DNA of 51,987 nt, taken from a phage. Shown piece by piece: positions 36,235-44,457 of this stretch. The DNA lies in sequence record PZ715803.1; one strand, written 5' to 3'. The position numbers and the translations under genes are program-made. Below the pieces are notes generated by a model. That model made no database searches, was not told where the DNA came from, and saw only the letters and a list, made by a program, of their open reading frames with translations. Position 1 is the stretch's first letter. The number at the start of each line of letters is the position of its first letter.

Positions 36235-36351
36235 ATGATGGATAAAGCTATTGATTTCTTTTTTTATTCGATTATTGGCGCGGCTGGCTTTTTGGTTACT
36301 GCTGCTGGCCTGGCTATTATCTTGGTTGTTATTAAGGAGATTATGCGATGA
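36235..36351 (+). CDS. Small membrane protein (38 aa, below ORF-track cutoff)
   Basis: GAGGTGA RBS; single hydrophobic helix; stop overlaps next start. Confidence 0.45.
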   Translation: MMDKAIDFFFYSIIGAAGFLVTAAGLAIILVVIKEIMR

Positions 36352-36572
36352 GTCAAGACGGATTTTTTGAACGCCTTCAAATGGCAGAAGATGCCGGACT
36401 AAATAAAGAGGCTGCGCTTGAAGTGGCATATAAAATTAAGCCTCTTGATGAGGCTTTAGGTGATATGGATATGGATCTTGAATCAAGCGCAATATTTGCA
36501 GATCCCACTATGATTGTTAATGATTGTGGATGCGATTTCGATCCTGGTTGTGCGCGCTGTTTTCCGTTTTGA
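36348..36572 (+). CDS. Hypothetical acidic protein with Cys-rich C-terminus
   Basis: 74 aa; C-terminal CGCDFDPGCARC. Confidence 0.6.
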   Translation: MSQDGFFERLQMAEDAGLNKEAALEVAYKIKPLDEALGDMDMDLESSAIFADPTMIVNDCGCDFDPGCARCFPF

Positions 36573-36582
36573 GGTAATTACG

Positions 36583-37293
36583 ATGTATAAAGGTTTAATA
36601 TTCTCCCTATTTGATGGATCTGGCAAAGCCGTTAAAGATTGGGCTGATAATGGCTATAAGTGCATTTGCTTTAATGCTGACGGTGGCGATCACGGTGATT
36701 ACCAGTCAGTGCGCATACAGCATGAGAATATCGAATACGTTAACGTCTGGATTGATGAAAGATTTTACCACCGCGCGCGCTGGGAGGAATGGGGCATTCC
36801 TGACTTTATTATGGCATTTCCGCCGTGCACCGACCTTGCAAATAGCGGATCTCGCCATTGGGCCAAAAAACGCCTTGAGAATCCATCGTTCCAGGATGAG
36901 GCCGCCGACACTTGCAGAATCGCGGCTGATATAGCTGATTATTTCGGTGTTCCTTACATGATCGAAAATCCGGTTGGCAAGTTGTCAACGTTATGGCGAA
37001 AGCCTGATTATACGTTCCATCCGTGCGATTACGCTGGCTATCTGCCGGAAGATGATAAACATCCCGACTTCCCTGATATTATTCCGGCACGGGATCGCTA
37101 TTTTAAGAAAACGTGCCTCTGGACTGGCAACGGCTTTGTTATTCCTCCGCGCGCTTTAATCCTGCCGAAAGAGGAAGACAAAGATAATCCAGGCTGGGCC
37201 AAAACTGGCGGTAAGTCATCGCGCACAAAGATGATCCGCTCCCTCACTCCGCGCGGATTTGCTCGCGCCGTCTTTGAGTCAAACTCAAAATAG
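36583..37293 (+). CDS. Putative DNA (cytosine-5)-methyltransferase-like protein
   Basis: FDGSGK (motif I-like), FPPC (catalytic Pro-Cys, motif IV-like), ENPVG (motif VI-like); ATG 36583 with GAGGT RBS. Confidence 0.5.
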   Translation: MYKGLIFSLFDGSGKAVKDWADNGYKCICFNADGGDHGDYQSVRIQHENIEYVNVWIDERFYHRARWEEWGIPDFIMAFPPCTDLANSGSRHWAKKRLENPSFQDEAADTCRIAADIADYFGVPYMIENPVGKLSTLWRKPDYTFHPCDYAGYLPEDDKHPDFPDIIPARDRYFKKTCLWTGNGFVIPPRALILPKEEDKDNPGWAKTGGKSSRTKMIRSLTPRGFARAVFESNSK

Positions 37294-37308
37294 CACTTTT
37301 TGTTAAAA
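37290..37308 (+). promoter_or_regulatory. 19-bp element copy, then 22 bp containing hairpin GCCAGG..CCTGGC, then CATAAT
   Basis: Exact consensus with stop codon TAG of the MTase gene embedded. Confidence 0.55.
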
Positions 37309-37362
37309 GCCAGGTGTAAAAACCTGGCATAATCACATCGAACAAACAAAGGAGATCTGATC

Positions 37363-37749
37363 ATGAATGTTATCTGTAATGAAACCAAAGTATTGATGAA
37401 AGGCCGTTTTAAAACGGTTTATCAGAAGATTGCAGGAAGTGATGATGTGATCGAGGTGGAAGAGTTCCAGGTTAAGACGCTTGTTAAGGGTAGCCGCTGG
37501 CTTCCAGCAAACCGAGATGATTACCGCGCCATTAACACAAAAACCGTTCTTTGCACGTTTGTAGATCATAACATGCCGTGCAAAAAGCACTTTAAGCAGG
37601 GCAAGCGATACCAGATCGAGAAAGGGCGACCGCTTGGAAGCGTTGCGGGTTATGTTTTTGATGAGTGCGGCGACCGCTGGAACCTGTACCGTGAAGAGGT
37701 CGGATTCTCTGCTGGCGGCTGTTATCTGTTTGAGGGCAAATATCTGTGA
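37363..37749 (+). CDS. Hypothetical protein
   Basis: 128 aa; AAGGAG RBS. Confidence 0.7.
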   Translation: MNVICNETKVLMKGRFKTVYQKIAGSDDVIEVEEFQVKTLVKGSRWLPANRDDYRAINTKTVLCTFVDHNMPCKKHFKQGKRYQIEKGRPLGSVAGYVFDECGDRWNLYREEVGFSAGGCYLFEGKYL

Positions 37750-37967
37750 TAAACAGTGAAAACCGTTACAAAGTAACGCATTCTACCACAAAGACTTTCA
37801 AGCCTGGCGATATAGTCAGGCCCATCAAAAAAACGGCGGTAGGTTGGCTGATTGGTTTTTCATATCATAAGGCGCTTTACTTTACGTTTAAGGATGGGAT
37901 TACAGGAGAATGCTACAGCGACCGCCAGCCTGATCGACTTCTGGTTGCAATAGAGCGGATCAAATAG
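37746..37967 (+). CDS. Hypothetical protein
   Basis: 73 aa; overlapping start. Confidence 0.6.
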   Translation: MINSENRYKVTHSTTKTFKPGDIVRPIKKTAVGWLIGFSYHKALYFTFKDGITGECYSDRQPDRLLVAIERIK

Positions 37968-37982
37968 CACTTTTTGACAAAA
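37964..37982 (+). promoter_or_regulatory. Element variant with TTGACA (ATAGCACTTTTTGACAAAA), then 22 bp, then TAAAAT
   Basis: Single T-to-C change creates a consensus -35-like hexamer. Confidence 0.5.
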
Positions 37983-38035
37983 CGGGGTAGTATTGGGCCG
38001 TTAAAATTTACGGCCCACAAAGGAGAAGCTAACGA

Positions 38036-39616
38036 ATGTTTTCATTAGAAACGAACAAATTAACTCCACAGCAAATAATCGCTATGGCTGAAAGCCAGAA
38101 CCTTTCACCAGTTCGCGTATCAATTCAGGCTAACGGCTATCGCCAGTCGTCCAGCTTTTGGGGCGACGTGAAGGATGTAAATAGCGGTCACGATCGCTAC
38201 CCCGTTATTTCTCTTGGTAATGATATTGATGTTGTCGGCAAGCTATCACGCAGCATTGCGCGATCCGTTCAATTCCCTGAATCATCGGCTTACATGCACT
38301 TTATCGGCTGCATTTCTGCCGCTATGCTTGGACGCTTTACGGTTGACTATCACGGAACAGATCAGCCGACTGCGCTTTACGTCGTTACAAGCCAGCCGCC
38401 GTCAACTGGTAAATCTGCGATCAACAGCATGGCTATTGCTCCGATGATTGCGGAAGTTGAGAAGATCAACGAGCAACGCCGCAAGGAAAGAAAGAAAATA
38501 CAGGCAAAGTTGGCAGGTCTTGCAAAGGAGATGAAAAGCGAAAGGTCCGGCGCTGATATGGAATCTCTATACCAGGAAAAAGAGGATCTGGAGGAGAAGC
38601 TGGAAAAGATGTGTGATATAACTTTCCCTGTTTCAGATACAACTCCAGAAGGCTTGGCGAAAATCAACAACAAGCAAGGTAACTTTGCCGTAATATCTGA
38701 CGAAGCAACAAGTATTAACAGTCTGTTAGGCTTGACCTATGCAAATAGCGAAAGGAAGACTAACAGTGAGCTAGTGCTTAAGGCGTGGGATAATGGTCAC
38801 GTATCAATTGCCCGTGCTAATGCCGACAATAATATGAGTTTTCGCGCGCTTGGATGTATGAGCGTTATAGCACAGGATGAAACGATAAGCGGAATCATGG
38901 ACGCTGGATCGCGCGGTATCGGTGTGAGTGAGCGCTTTTTGTTGGTCCGCGAAGAATCATTCTTAGGCCGTCGCTCATTCATTGATGAAAATGGTGATTC
39001 TACCTATGAGGCGGTGGATTCTGAATTGAAAGCCCAATATTATCAATTGGTGCATAACATCATGAGCGAATCAAATATATCGCTGAAAATAAGCCGCTCA
39101 GCTATGCGAGTGCTCAACATTGCTCGCCAGGATATGGAACCGCATCTTGCAGACGGCGGAAAGTATTCTCATACAATGTTACGCGGTGCGCTGGGTAAAA
39201 TGGATAAACAGGTGATCAGGCTTGCTTCCGTCCTGCATGTTATCCGCAACTGGTTTAATCCTGCTGGATACCCGCAGAAGTCGAAAGAGATCGACGTGGA
39301 AACAATGCAAGAGGCGCTGATCATGTTTCAGGAATTGAGCAAAACATACATTAGCGCCGCCAATGCTTCTGGTTATGCTGGTGATGATGCTGAAATGGGC
39401 AAATTGATTGAATTGATCACTAGACACGGCAAGGCTAATAAAGGGATTCTGAATATTCGCGCCCTGTACGAATCAGCGAGAAAGGTAAAACCTTTCGTTG
39501 GTCAAGCTGGCGTAATGAAGAGGATAGAAGGGCACTTGCTGCCAATGCTGGAAGAAAGAAATTATGTTTGTGTTATTAATGGTGTTATTTTTGTCAATCC
39601 AATACTGCTGGGATGA
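38036..39616 (+). CDS. P-loop NTPase with Walker A/B (putative replication or recombination ATPase)
   Basis: 526 aa; Walker A QPPSTGKS, Walker B-like AVISDEA. Confidence 0.8.
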   Translation: MFSLETNKLTPQQIIAMAESQNLSPVRVSIQANGYRQSSSFWGDVKDVNSGHDRYPVISLGNDIDVVGKLSRSIARSVQFPESSAYMHFIGCISAAMLGRFTVDYHGTDQPTALYVVTSQPPSTGKSAINSMAIAPMIAEVEKINEQRRKERKKIQAKLAGLAKEMKSERSGADMESLYQEKEDLEEKLEKMCDITFPVSDTTPEGLAKINNKQGNFAVISDEATSINSLLGLTYANSERKTNSELVLKAWDNGHVSIARANADNNMSFRALGCMSVIAQDETISGIMDAGSRGIGVSERFLLVREESFLGRRSFIDENGDSTYEAVDSELKAQYYQLVHNIMSESNISLKISRSAMRVLNIARQDMEPHLADGGKYSHTMLRGALGKMDKQVIRLASVLHVIRNWFNPAGYPQKSKEIDVETMQEALIMFQELSKTYISAANASGYAGDDAEMGKLIELITRHGKANKGILNIRALYESARKVKPFVGQAGVMKRIEGHLLPMLEERNYVCVINGVIFVNPILLG

Positions 39617-40008
39617 TTATGTTTTTGCTTGATCTGTATAAATGGTGTGAGTCATACGACTGGTTTAACAGGCAGCACATAGCCAAATTTATCTATCAGC
39701 ATAGAGAATGCGAGCGGCTCGCACGGGCCGCCGGACTTACGCCGCGAATGTTCGCCAGCCTTGCATCTAAGGAATTTTGCGCAAGAATGATGACGGCTGG
39801 TTATATAGATGGGGTCTGCGGAAAATACTGGTCCAAAGGATCGTCAAAGCGGCCTTTCGGATTCGAATTGTATAGCCTGGATGGTATGCGCAACGACTGG
39901 ATCAGGGATATGGCGAGAATAGGGGAGATGGGCGATGATGAATTGTTCCAGGCAAAAGCTAATAGACAAGATCTTGAAGCACTGCGCCGTAAATTCAATA
40001 TCACATGA
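39613..40008 (+). CDS. Hypothetical protein
   Basis: 131 aa; ATGA overlap with upstream gene. Confidence 0.65.
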   Translation: MIMFLLDLYKWCESYDWFNRQHIAKFIYQHRECERLARAAGLTPRMFASLASKEFCARMMTAGYIDGVCGKYWSKGSSKRPFGFELYSLDGMRNDWIRDMARIGEMGDDELFQAKANRQDLEALRRKFNIT

Positions 40009-40125
40009 GGATTTTATTCATGCTTTACTTACGCTACTTTATTCAGATATGCGCGCTTTTAGCACCACTGAACATGTTTTATGCAATGATGATGGTGTAT
40101 TACTGGTTACGGTAAAGCGTATGGA

Positions 40126-40144
40126 ATAGCATTTTTTGTTAAAA
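40126..40144 (+). promoter_or_regulatory. Element variant (ATAGCATTTTTTGTTAAAA), then 22 bp hairpin, then TATATT; left arm of a 45-bp inverted repeat with the copy at 43369-43387
   Basis: About 30 bp identical to the reverse complement of 43343-43387. Confidence 0.55.
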
Positions 40145-40205
40145 CGCCCGGCCTAGTGTCGGGTATATTTGTTTCATCGAAACGAAACAACCAAAAGGTA
40201 AAATT

Positions 40206-40430
40206 ATGTCCAGCAAGTTTTTAGTAGTTCGCGTATATAATCATGACAACGGATCTTCTGCTGAAATCCCGACAATTTACGACAGGGATTTTGGATGGAG
40301 TGAGCAATCGGCGGTTGAAAATGAGCGCAAGATTGCAGAAATGTACGGCGACACTTGCAGCATTGAAGTAAGGCAGTACGACGAATCGAACAAGCCAACA
40401 AACGAAACTCATATGTGGCCCGACGCATAA
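40206..40430 (+). CDS. Hypothetical protein
   Basis: 74 aa; single-gene unit between element promoter and terminator. Confidence 0.6.
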   Translation: MSSKFLVVRVYNHDNGSSAEIPTIYDRDFGWSEQSAVENERKIAEMYGDTCSIEVRQYDESNKPTNETHMWPDA

Positions 40431-40437
40431 AAATAAA

Positions 40438-40454
40438 GGAGGCATTAAGCCTCC
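40438..40454. terminator. Bidirectional terminator (GGAGGC-ATTAA-GCCTCC plus T-run) at the convergent junction
   Basis: Hairpin overlapping the spanin stop codon; T5CT4 on plus strand. Confidence 0.6.
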
Positions 40455-40840
40455 TTTTTCTTTTCTCTCCAGTAAAGACAAATCAGCACAATTAACACAA
40501 CCACGCATATGATTACTGGATCGTACCATCTGCCGTTATTACCCTGCACGACCTGAATTTTGTCTGCCTTGATGGTATTGGCCTGAATGGTTGATGTTGT
40601 GAAATCCTTCTTGCTGGACGTGTCCACCTTGTCAACCGCAGATTCCTTTATTGTGGTTTTCTGTTTTGTGCTGGCGTCCTGCTTTGCTGTAATGCCAACT
40701 GTCTGCTTCACGTTCTCCGCGCCAGCCTGTGCTGTGATTTCCGGCTTACTGCCGATTAATCCGGTCAGTGGCGTAACGCTTGAACATCCAGACAAGATCA
40801 CCGCCATTGCGATTGGTGCGATTAAAAATTTCTTCATCAT
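40445..40840 (-). CDS. Unimolecular spanin (N-terminal lipoprotein signal plus C-terminal transmembrane helix)
   Basis: Lipobox ILSGCSS, C-terminal hydrophobic helix [16 protein letters not shown]; ATG overlaps endolysin stop. Confidence 0.65.
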   Translation of the reverse strand: MMKKFLIAPIAMAVILSGCSSVTPLTGLIGSKPEITAQAGAENVKQTVGITAKQDASTKQKTTIKESAVDKVDTSSKKDFTTSTIQANTIKADKIQVVQGNNGRWYDPVIICVVVLIVLICLYWREKKKEA

Positions 40841-41328
40841 TTCAGATCCATTGTGCAATATTTGTATTCGACCTTGCGCCTGTTAAGTAAGCCTTTAGAC
40901 TTCTCGCGCTTTCCTGTTTTGGGGTTATGGTAATACGTCCAACGATAAAGCTGATCGCAAGCCTCGTTTAATTTCCCCTGGTTGATGAGTTTCAGCATTG
41001 TTGAATTTCTGAAAGCTCCCACACCTGCATTGTAAGTGAATGAGTACATTGCTGCACGCATACTATCAGGAATGTCAACCTTAACTTGCTTGTCAACTTC
41101 CTTTTTAGCAACCTGGATATGCTTAGCCAACAAAGCATCACACTCTTTTTTAGTGTACGTTTTCCCCAGGATAACATCTGGTCCGGTGATTCCTGCGCAA
41201 ACCGTCCATACTCCAGCAATATCTTTGTATGGCTTGTATCTTACCCCTTCGATCTCTTCAAGAAGTGGAGAAGTCAAGGCAACCGCAACGCCAAAGGCCG
41301 CCGCCGCCACCCTGTTCTTGATGCTCAT
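40837..41328 (-). CDS. Endolysin, phage lysozyme (GH24-like) with N-terminal signal-anchor-release (SAR) domain
   Basis: Catalytic E-x8-D-x5-T arrangement ([19 protein letters not shown]); N-terminal weakly hydrophobic Ala/Gly-rich helix. Confidence 0.8.
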   Translation of the reverse strand: MSIKNRVAAAAFGVAVALTSPLLEEIEGVRYKPYKDIAGVWTVCAGITGPDVILGKTYTKKECDALLAKHIQVAKKEVDKQVKVDIPDSMRAAMYSFTYNAGVGAFRNSTMLKLINQGKLNEACDQLYRWTYYHNPKTGKREKSKGLLNRRKVEYKYCTMDLK

Positions 41329-41543
41329 TACTTGCCCCTGATTTCAATAGCTTTTTGAATATCACCTTTTTCGATCGCCTCGTGGAATTTTTTACTATCA
41401 CGCCAGCGAAGGTAAGCACCCCACGCACCGAATGCAGCCATTAAAACAAAGCTGGCAATAGCAATGGTTAACTGACCTGTAGCGGCGCTTGCGATAGATG
41501 AACCGCCAGATCCGGCTGTAGCTGCGTTAATAAAATCTTTCAT
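41328..41543 (-). CDS. Holin (pinholin-like, two transmembrane segments)
   Basis: 71 aa, Gly/Ala-rich hydrophobic segments and charged C-terminus; stop overlaps endolysin start. Confidence 0.6.
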   Translation of the reverse strand: MKDFINAATAGSGGSSIASAATGQLTIAIASFVLMAAFGAWGAYLRWRDSKKFHEAIEKGDIQKAIEIRGK

Positions 41544-41689
41544 TTTTAATGCTCCATATTAATTAAAGTCAATATATTAACCGCATAATAAACGCACATG
41601 ATAAAAATTTAAACAAAAAAAAGAGGCGACAAACGCCGCCCCTTTGCAAGTTTTTGATTTAATTTGTCATTGATTTAAATAAAAATTCA

Positions 41690-42805
41690 TCAATTCATCA
41701 TTTCTGGATAGTGAACAAATCGCCCAACTTCTCCATGCTCTTTGTCGTAAATGATAACCGCTGCACGGCGTCGAGATCTCCAGCCACCGCGCGCGGCGTA
41801 TGCGTCTTTTGCCGCCAGGGTGCTATGTACCTCCACGATCCCAAGCGACGTTTCCGTCACGGTCTGGTGATGCCAGTGCCCTACGTGCGCATACATCGTT
41901 TTTGAGTTTCCGAAGTCCTCCCGCCAATCTGACGCGCACATCATTAGCAAAGTCTCAGGTTTGCGCACTGTGTGCCCGTGATGGTACGCAAGGAAAGTTT
42001 TTCCGTATTGCGTGTGGTGAACAACGCGAGGAGAAACATCAACGTAAACGCGCGGCTCGTTCTCATATGCTGCCGCCATTGCTGCGCGTAGCCAAATCAT
42101 TCCTGATTGGTCGTGATTGCCCTCAACGATCTGGACCTCAACATGTTTATGCTTTAACAGCATTTTATTAATTGCGCGGCGCATTGCACGTATTGCAACG
42201 TAAACCAATTTTGCATATCGGCTATCTTGATCAAGTACGTGACCGCTTGCAGGGGTCACAGCCTCCAGGCCATCGCTATGAAGCATGTCGCCACCAATCA
42301 GGATAACAGCCTTTTCACTGTCAGGTGCGCACATCAAAGCATAGTCGATAAAGTTATTCATAACGCGCTCCGCCGTCGCAGTATCCCAATTTTCGCCGCA
42401 CTCGTGCTTATGGGCCATAGCGCCTAAGTGCATGTCAAAGATCGGATACAATGAAAGCGTTTCATTATAGTCACGCTCCTGCAATGGAACTGGATCTAAT
42501 CGCGGCACTTCCTCGCTAAACGCCTCCATTGCTGCGCGCATCAATGCTTCTAGTTGCTCTTTATCCTTGCTGGTTTTGGTCCACTTGAGGATTATGTTTC
42601 CTTCTTTGTCAGTCATTACTGACTCACCATGAACACCAAAACCAGGCGCTCCGATGGTTGATAACTGTCCTTGCTTTGCAAGACGCGCCGCGCGACGCTC
42701 GACGCTTCTCACATTCATTCCGTACTCTTGAGCGATCTGTTTATATGTCTTACCTGCCGCTCGTTCGATCTTGAATTGCTCATCTGTAATTTTTACATTT
42801 TTCAT
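41690..42805 (-). CDS. Calcineurin-like metallophosphoesterase with N-terminal helix-turn-helix domain
   Basis: DxH, GDxxHxD, GNHD motifs; N-terminal HTH-like segment TYKQIAQEYGMNVRSVERRAARL; ATG 42805. Confidence 0.75.
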   Translation of the reverse strand: MKNVKITDEQFKIERAAGKTYKQIAQEYGMNVRSVERRAARLAKQGQLSTIGAPGFGVHGESVMTDKEGNIILKWTKTSKDKEQLEALMRAAMEAFSEEVPRLDPVPLQERDYNETLSLYPIFDMHLGAMAHKHECGENWDTATAERVMNNFIDYALMCAPDSEKAVILIGGDMLHSDGLEAVTPASGHVLDQDSRYAKLVYVAIRAMRRAINKMLLKHKHVEVQIVEGNHDQSGMIWLRAAMAAAYENEPRVYVDVSPRVVHHTQYGKTFLAYHHGHTVRKPETLLMMCASDWREDFGNSKTMYAHVGHWHHQTVTETSLGIVEVHSTLAAKDAYAARGGWRSRRRAAVIIYDKEHGEVGRFVHYPEMMN

Positions 42806-42899
42806 TCTGCTACCTATCTCATTACTATATGGTACATAACTGTAACAGCGATGATAACGGGTAACGGTAGAACAAACAAGCGCCACATGATAACTATCC

Positions 42900-43142
42900 T
42901 CATTTATAATATTTGCGAGGCTCTCGGATTTTAGTCATTGCCTCTTTGAAATCAATTTTTGTTGGAACTGCTGGAACTCTTACCATTTTTCGCGGCCTTT
43001 CCTTGAGGAAAGTCATCTTGTCGCCGCTAATTATGCTCACATCTGCAATATCAAAGTATTGCGCGATCTTCTTTATATCGTCGGCAATACCGCATTCTTT
43101 AGCGTGATTCCATACCGCATCTCTTCCTTGCTCAACCTTCAT
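42900..43142 (-). CDS. Hypothetical protein
   Basis: ATG 43142 overlapping the upstream small ORF. Confidence 0.5.
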   Translation of the reverse strand: MKVEQGRDAVWNHAKECGIADDIKKIAQYFDIADVSIISGDKMTFLKERPRKMVRVPAVPTKIDFKEAMTKIREPRKYYK

Positions 43143-43311
43143 GCTTATAATATGCCTCCGCTTGTTCAATTGGCGCGTGACCGTATGCAACTTTCAGTAA
43201 AAACATTGCGATCTCCCAATCAAACTGGAATCCTTCCTTTGAACCTCCCTCTACTGAACCTTTTGCTGCCTCTTGAGCAAGATTAAAAGCGCGTTTATCG
43301 AATACCACCAT
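43132..43311 (-). CDS. Small hypothetical protein (59 aa, below ORF-track cutoff)
   Basis: ATG with GAGGAA RBS directly downstream of the element promoter at 43369. Confidence 0.45.
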   Translation of the reverse strand: MVVFDKRAFNLAQEAAKGSVEGGSKEGFQFDWEIAMFLLKVAYGHAPIEQAEAYYKHEG

Positions 43312-43368
43312 TTTTATTTCCTCATGTTTGCTTCGTTGAAATAATTATGCCCGACACTAGGCCGGGCG

Positions 43369-43387
43369 TTTTAACAAAAAGTGCTAT
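43369..43387 (-). promoter_or_regulatory. 19-bp element copy, then hairpin, then CATAAT; right arm of the 45-bp inverted repeat; candidate promoter of the lysis-containing operon
   Basis: Exact consensus; stop codon of 43387..43644 abuts the element. Confidence 0.55.
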
Positions 43388-43644
43388 TAGTGGATCATTC
43401 CGTGCTGAAAATTCCACGAATCGACAAACTCTTGCATGTCATTTCTTATTTGTTCGTGCCATTTTTCAAGCGGGAGTTTTCTTGTCTCCTCAAAGCTCAT
43501 ATCTAATGCGCTTGAAAATTCCCACGGATCGCAATCAATCATCTTTTTCACGTTAGGGTTTTTATCAAGTGCATCGCACACCATAGCGCGAAATAACAAC
43601 CATTCGCCAGTTTCATTTAAATAAACGCTTCTCTCTTTTTTCAT
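43387..43644 (-). CDS. Hypothetical protein
   Basis: 85 aa. Confidence 0.6.
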   Translation of the reverse strand: MKKERSVYLNETGEWLLFRAMVCDALDKNPNVKKMIDCDPWEFSSALDMSFEETRKLPLEKWHEQIRNDMQEFVDSWNFQHGMIH

Positions 43645-43648
43645 CGTG

Positions 43649-44374
43649 TTAGCTCCGTTTGCGCGCGCGGCGTTCGGTTACAGAAGGGCAAATATCGCTG
43701 ATCTTAACGTATCGCGTTTTCTGCTCCTCGCCTTCTTTAAGTTTTCGCATGACAAAAATCACGCTCCCCTTGTTGTTGCCCTGTACAGGCTCGCCAGTCA
43801 ATCCAGACACAAAGGCGATTCTTCCGGTGCGGGAGTATTCTACTCCACCCTCTTCGTAAACCTCACCAGTGATCCAGATGATTTCAGCCGCGTTTTTCTG
43901 CGCCTCATAAAACCATGCTGTAGAGTTGTCGGCTGGCAACAAAACATCAATTTGGTTGTTGTGCTCCATTTGCTCAATTGCTTTCTTGATAAATGGAGTT
44001 GGGTTGCTGTACGGCGGGTTAAGCCATACGTGCTTGTTGCTACCCCACCAACGCTTTAAGCAGTTTGTTTCCTTGCTATAGAACTTCTCGCAAACTGCGT
44101 TTTCCTGGCTTGCTGCCGCGTCGAGATCGTATTCACCAAATTCTGATTCCATCCACTCCACAATCTCTTGAGGCGTGCTCCACATATCGCGCACAACGTC
44201 CGGCGTGGTGCTTCCAGCGTATCGGTTTCCGCTTACCTTATAATATTGATTTGGCTTTACTGCCTGGTAATGGCCTCCAGTTGCAAGAGCATTCCCTATA
44301 AATGTTTCTCTCTCCAACTGCTCAAAGCTAACGAATGCGTCATTGGTGTCTTTATCTAAAATATCTTTAGCCAT
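43649..44374 (-). CDS. dam: DNA N6-adenine methyltransferase (Dam-like)
   Basis: NPPY catalytic motif (HVWLNPPYSN), 241 aa. Confidence 0.85.
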   Translation of the reverse strand: MAKDILDKDTNDAFVSFEQLERETFIGNALATGGHYQAVKPNQYYKVSGNRYAGSTTPDVVRDMWSTPQEIVEWMESEFGEYDLDAAASQENAVCEKFYSKETNCLKRWWGSNKHVWLNPPYSNPTPFIKKAIEQMEHNNQIDVLLPADNSTAWFYEAQKNAAEIIWITGEVYEEGGVEYSRTGRIAFVSGLTGEPVQGNNKGSVIFVMRKLKEGEEQKTRYVKISDICPSVTERRARKRS

Positions 44375-44438
44375 TTCATTTCTCCGCTATTAAAAGCTAT
44401 CTCGTGTTATTGAATTATGGCGCAATCCATCGCGCCAG

Positions 44439-44457
44439 TTTTAACAAAAAGTGCTAT
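44439..44457 (-). promoter_or_regulatory. 19-bp element copy, then 22 bp, then CATAAT; promoter module upstream of dam
   Basis: Exact consensus immediately after the VRR-NUC stop. Confidence 0.55.

Noticed and set aside
39935-40129. ORF 39935..40129 (64 aa) overlapping the end of 39613..40008
   Set aside because: Its listed start lies inside the upstream gene and there is no RBS; the in-frame part after 40008 has no start codon until 26 codons from the end. A 31-aa ORF from an ATG near 40020 with a GAGGA RBS is possible but unsupported.
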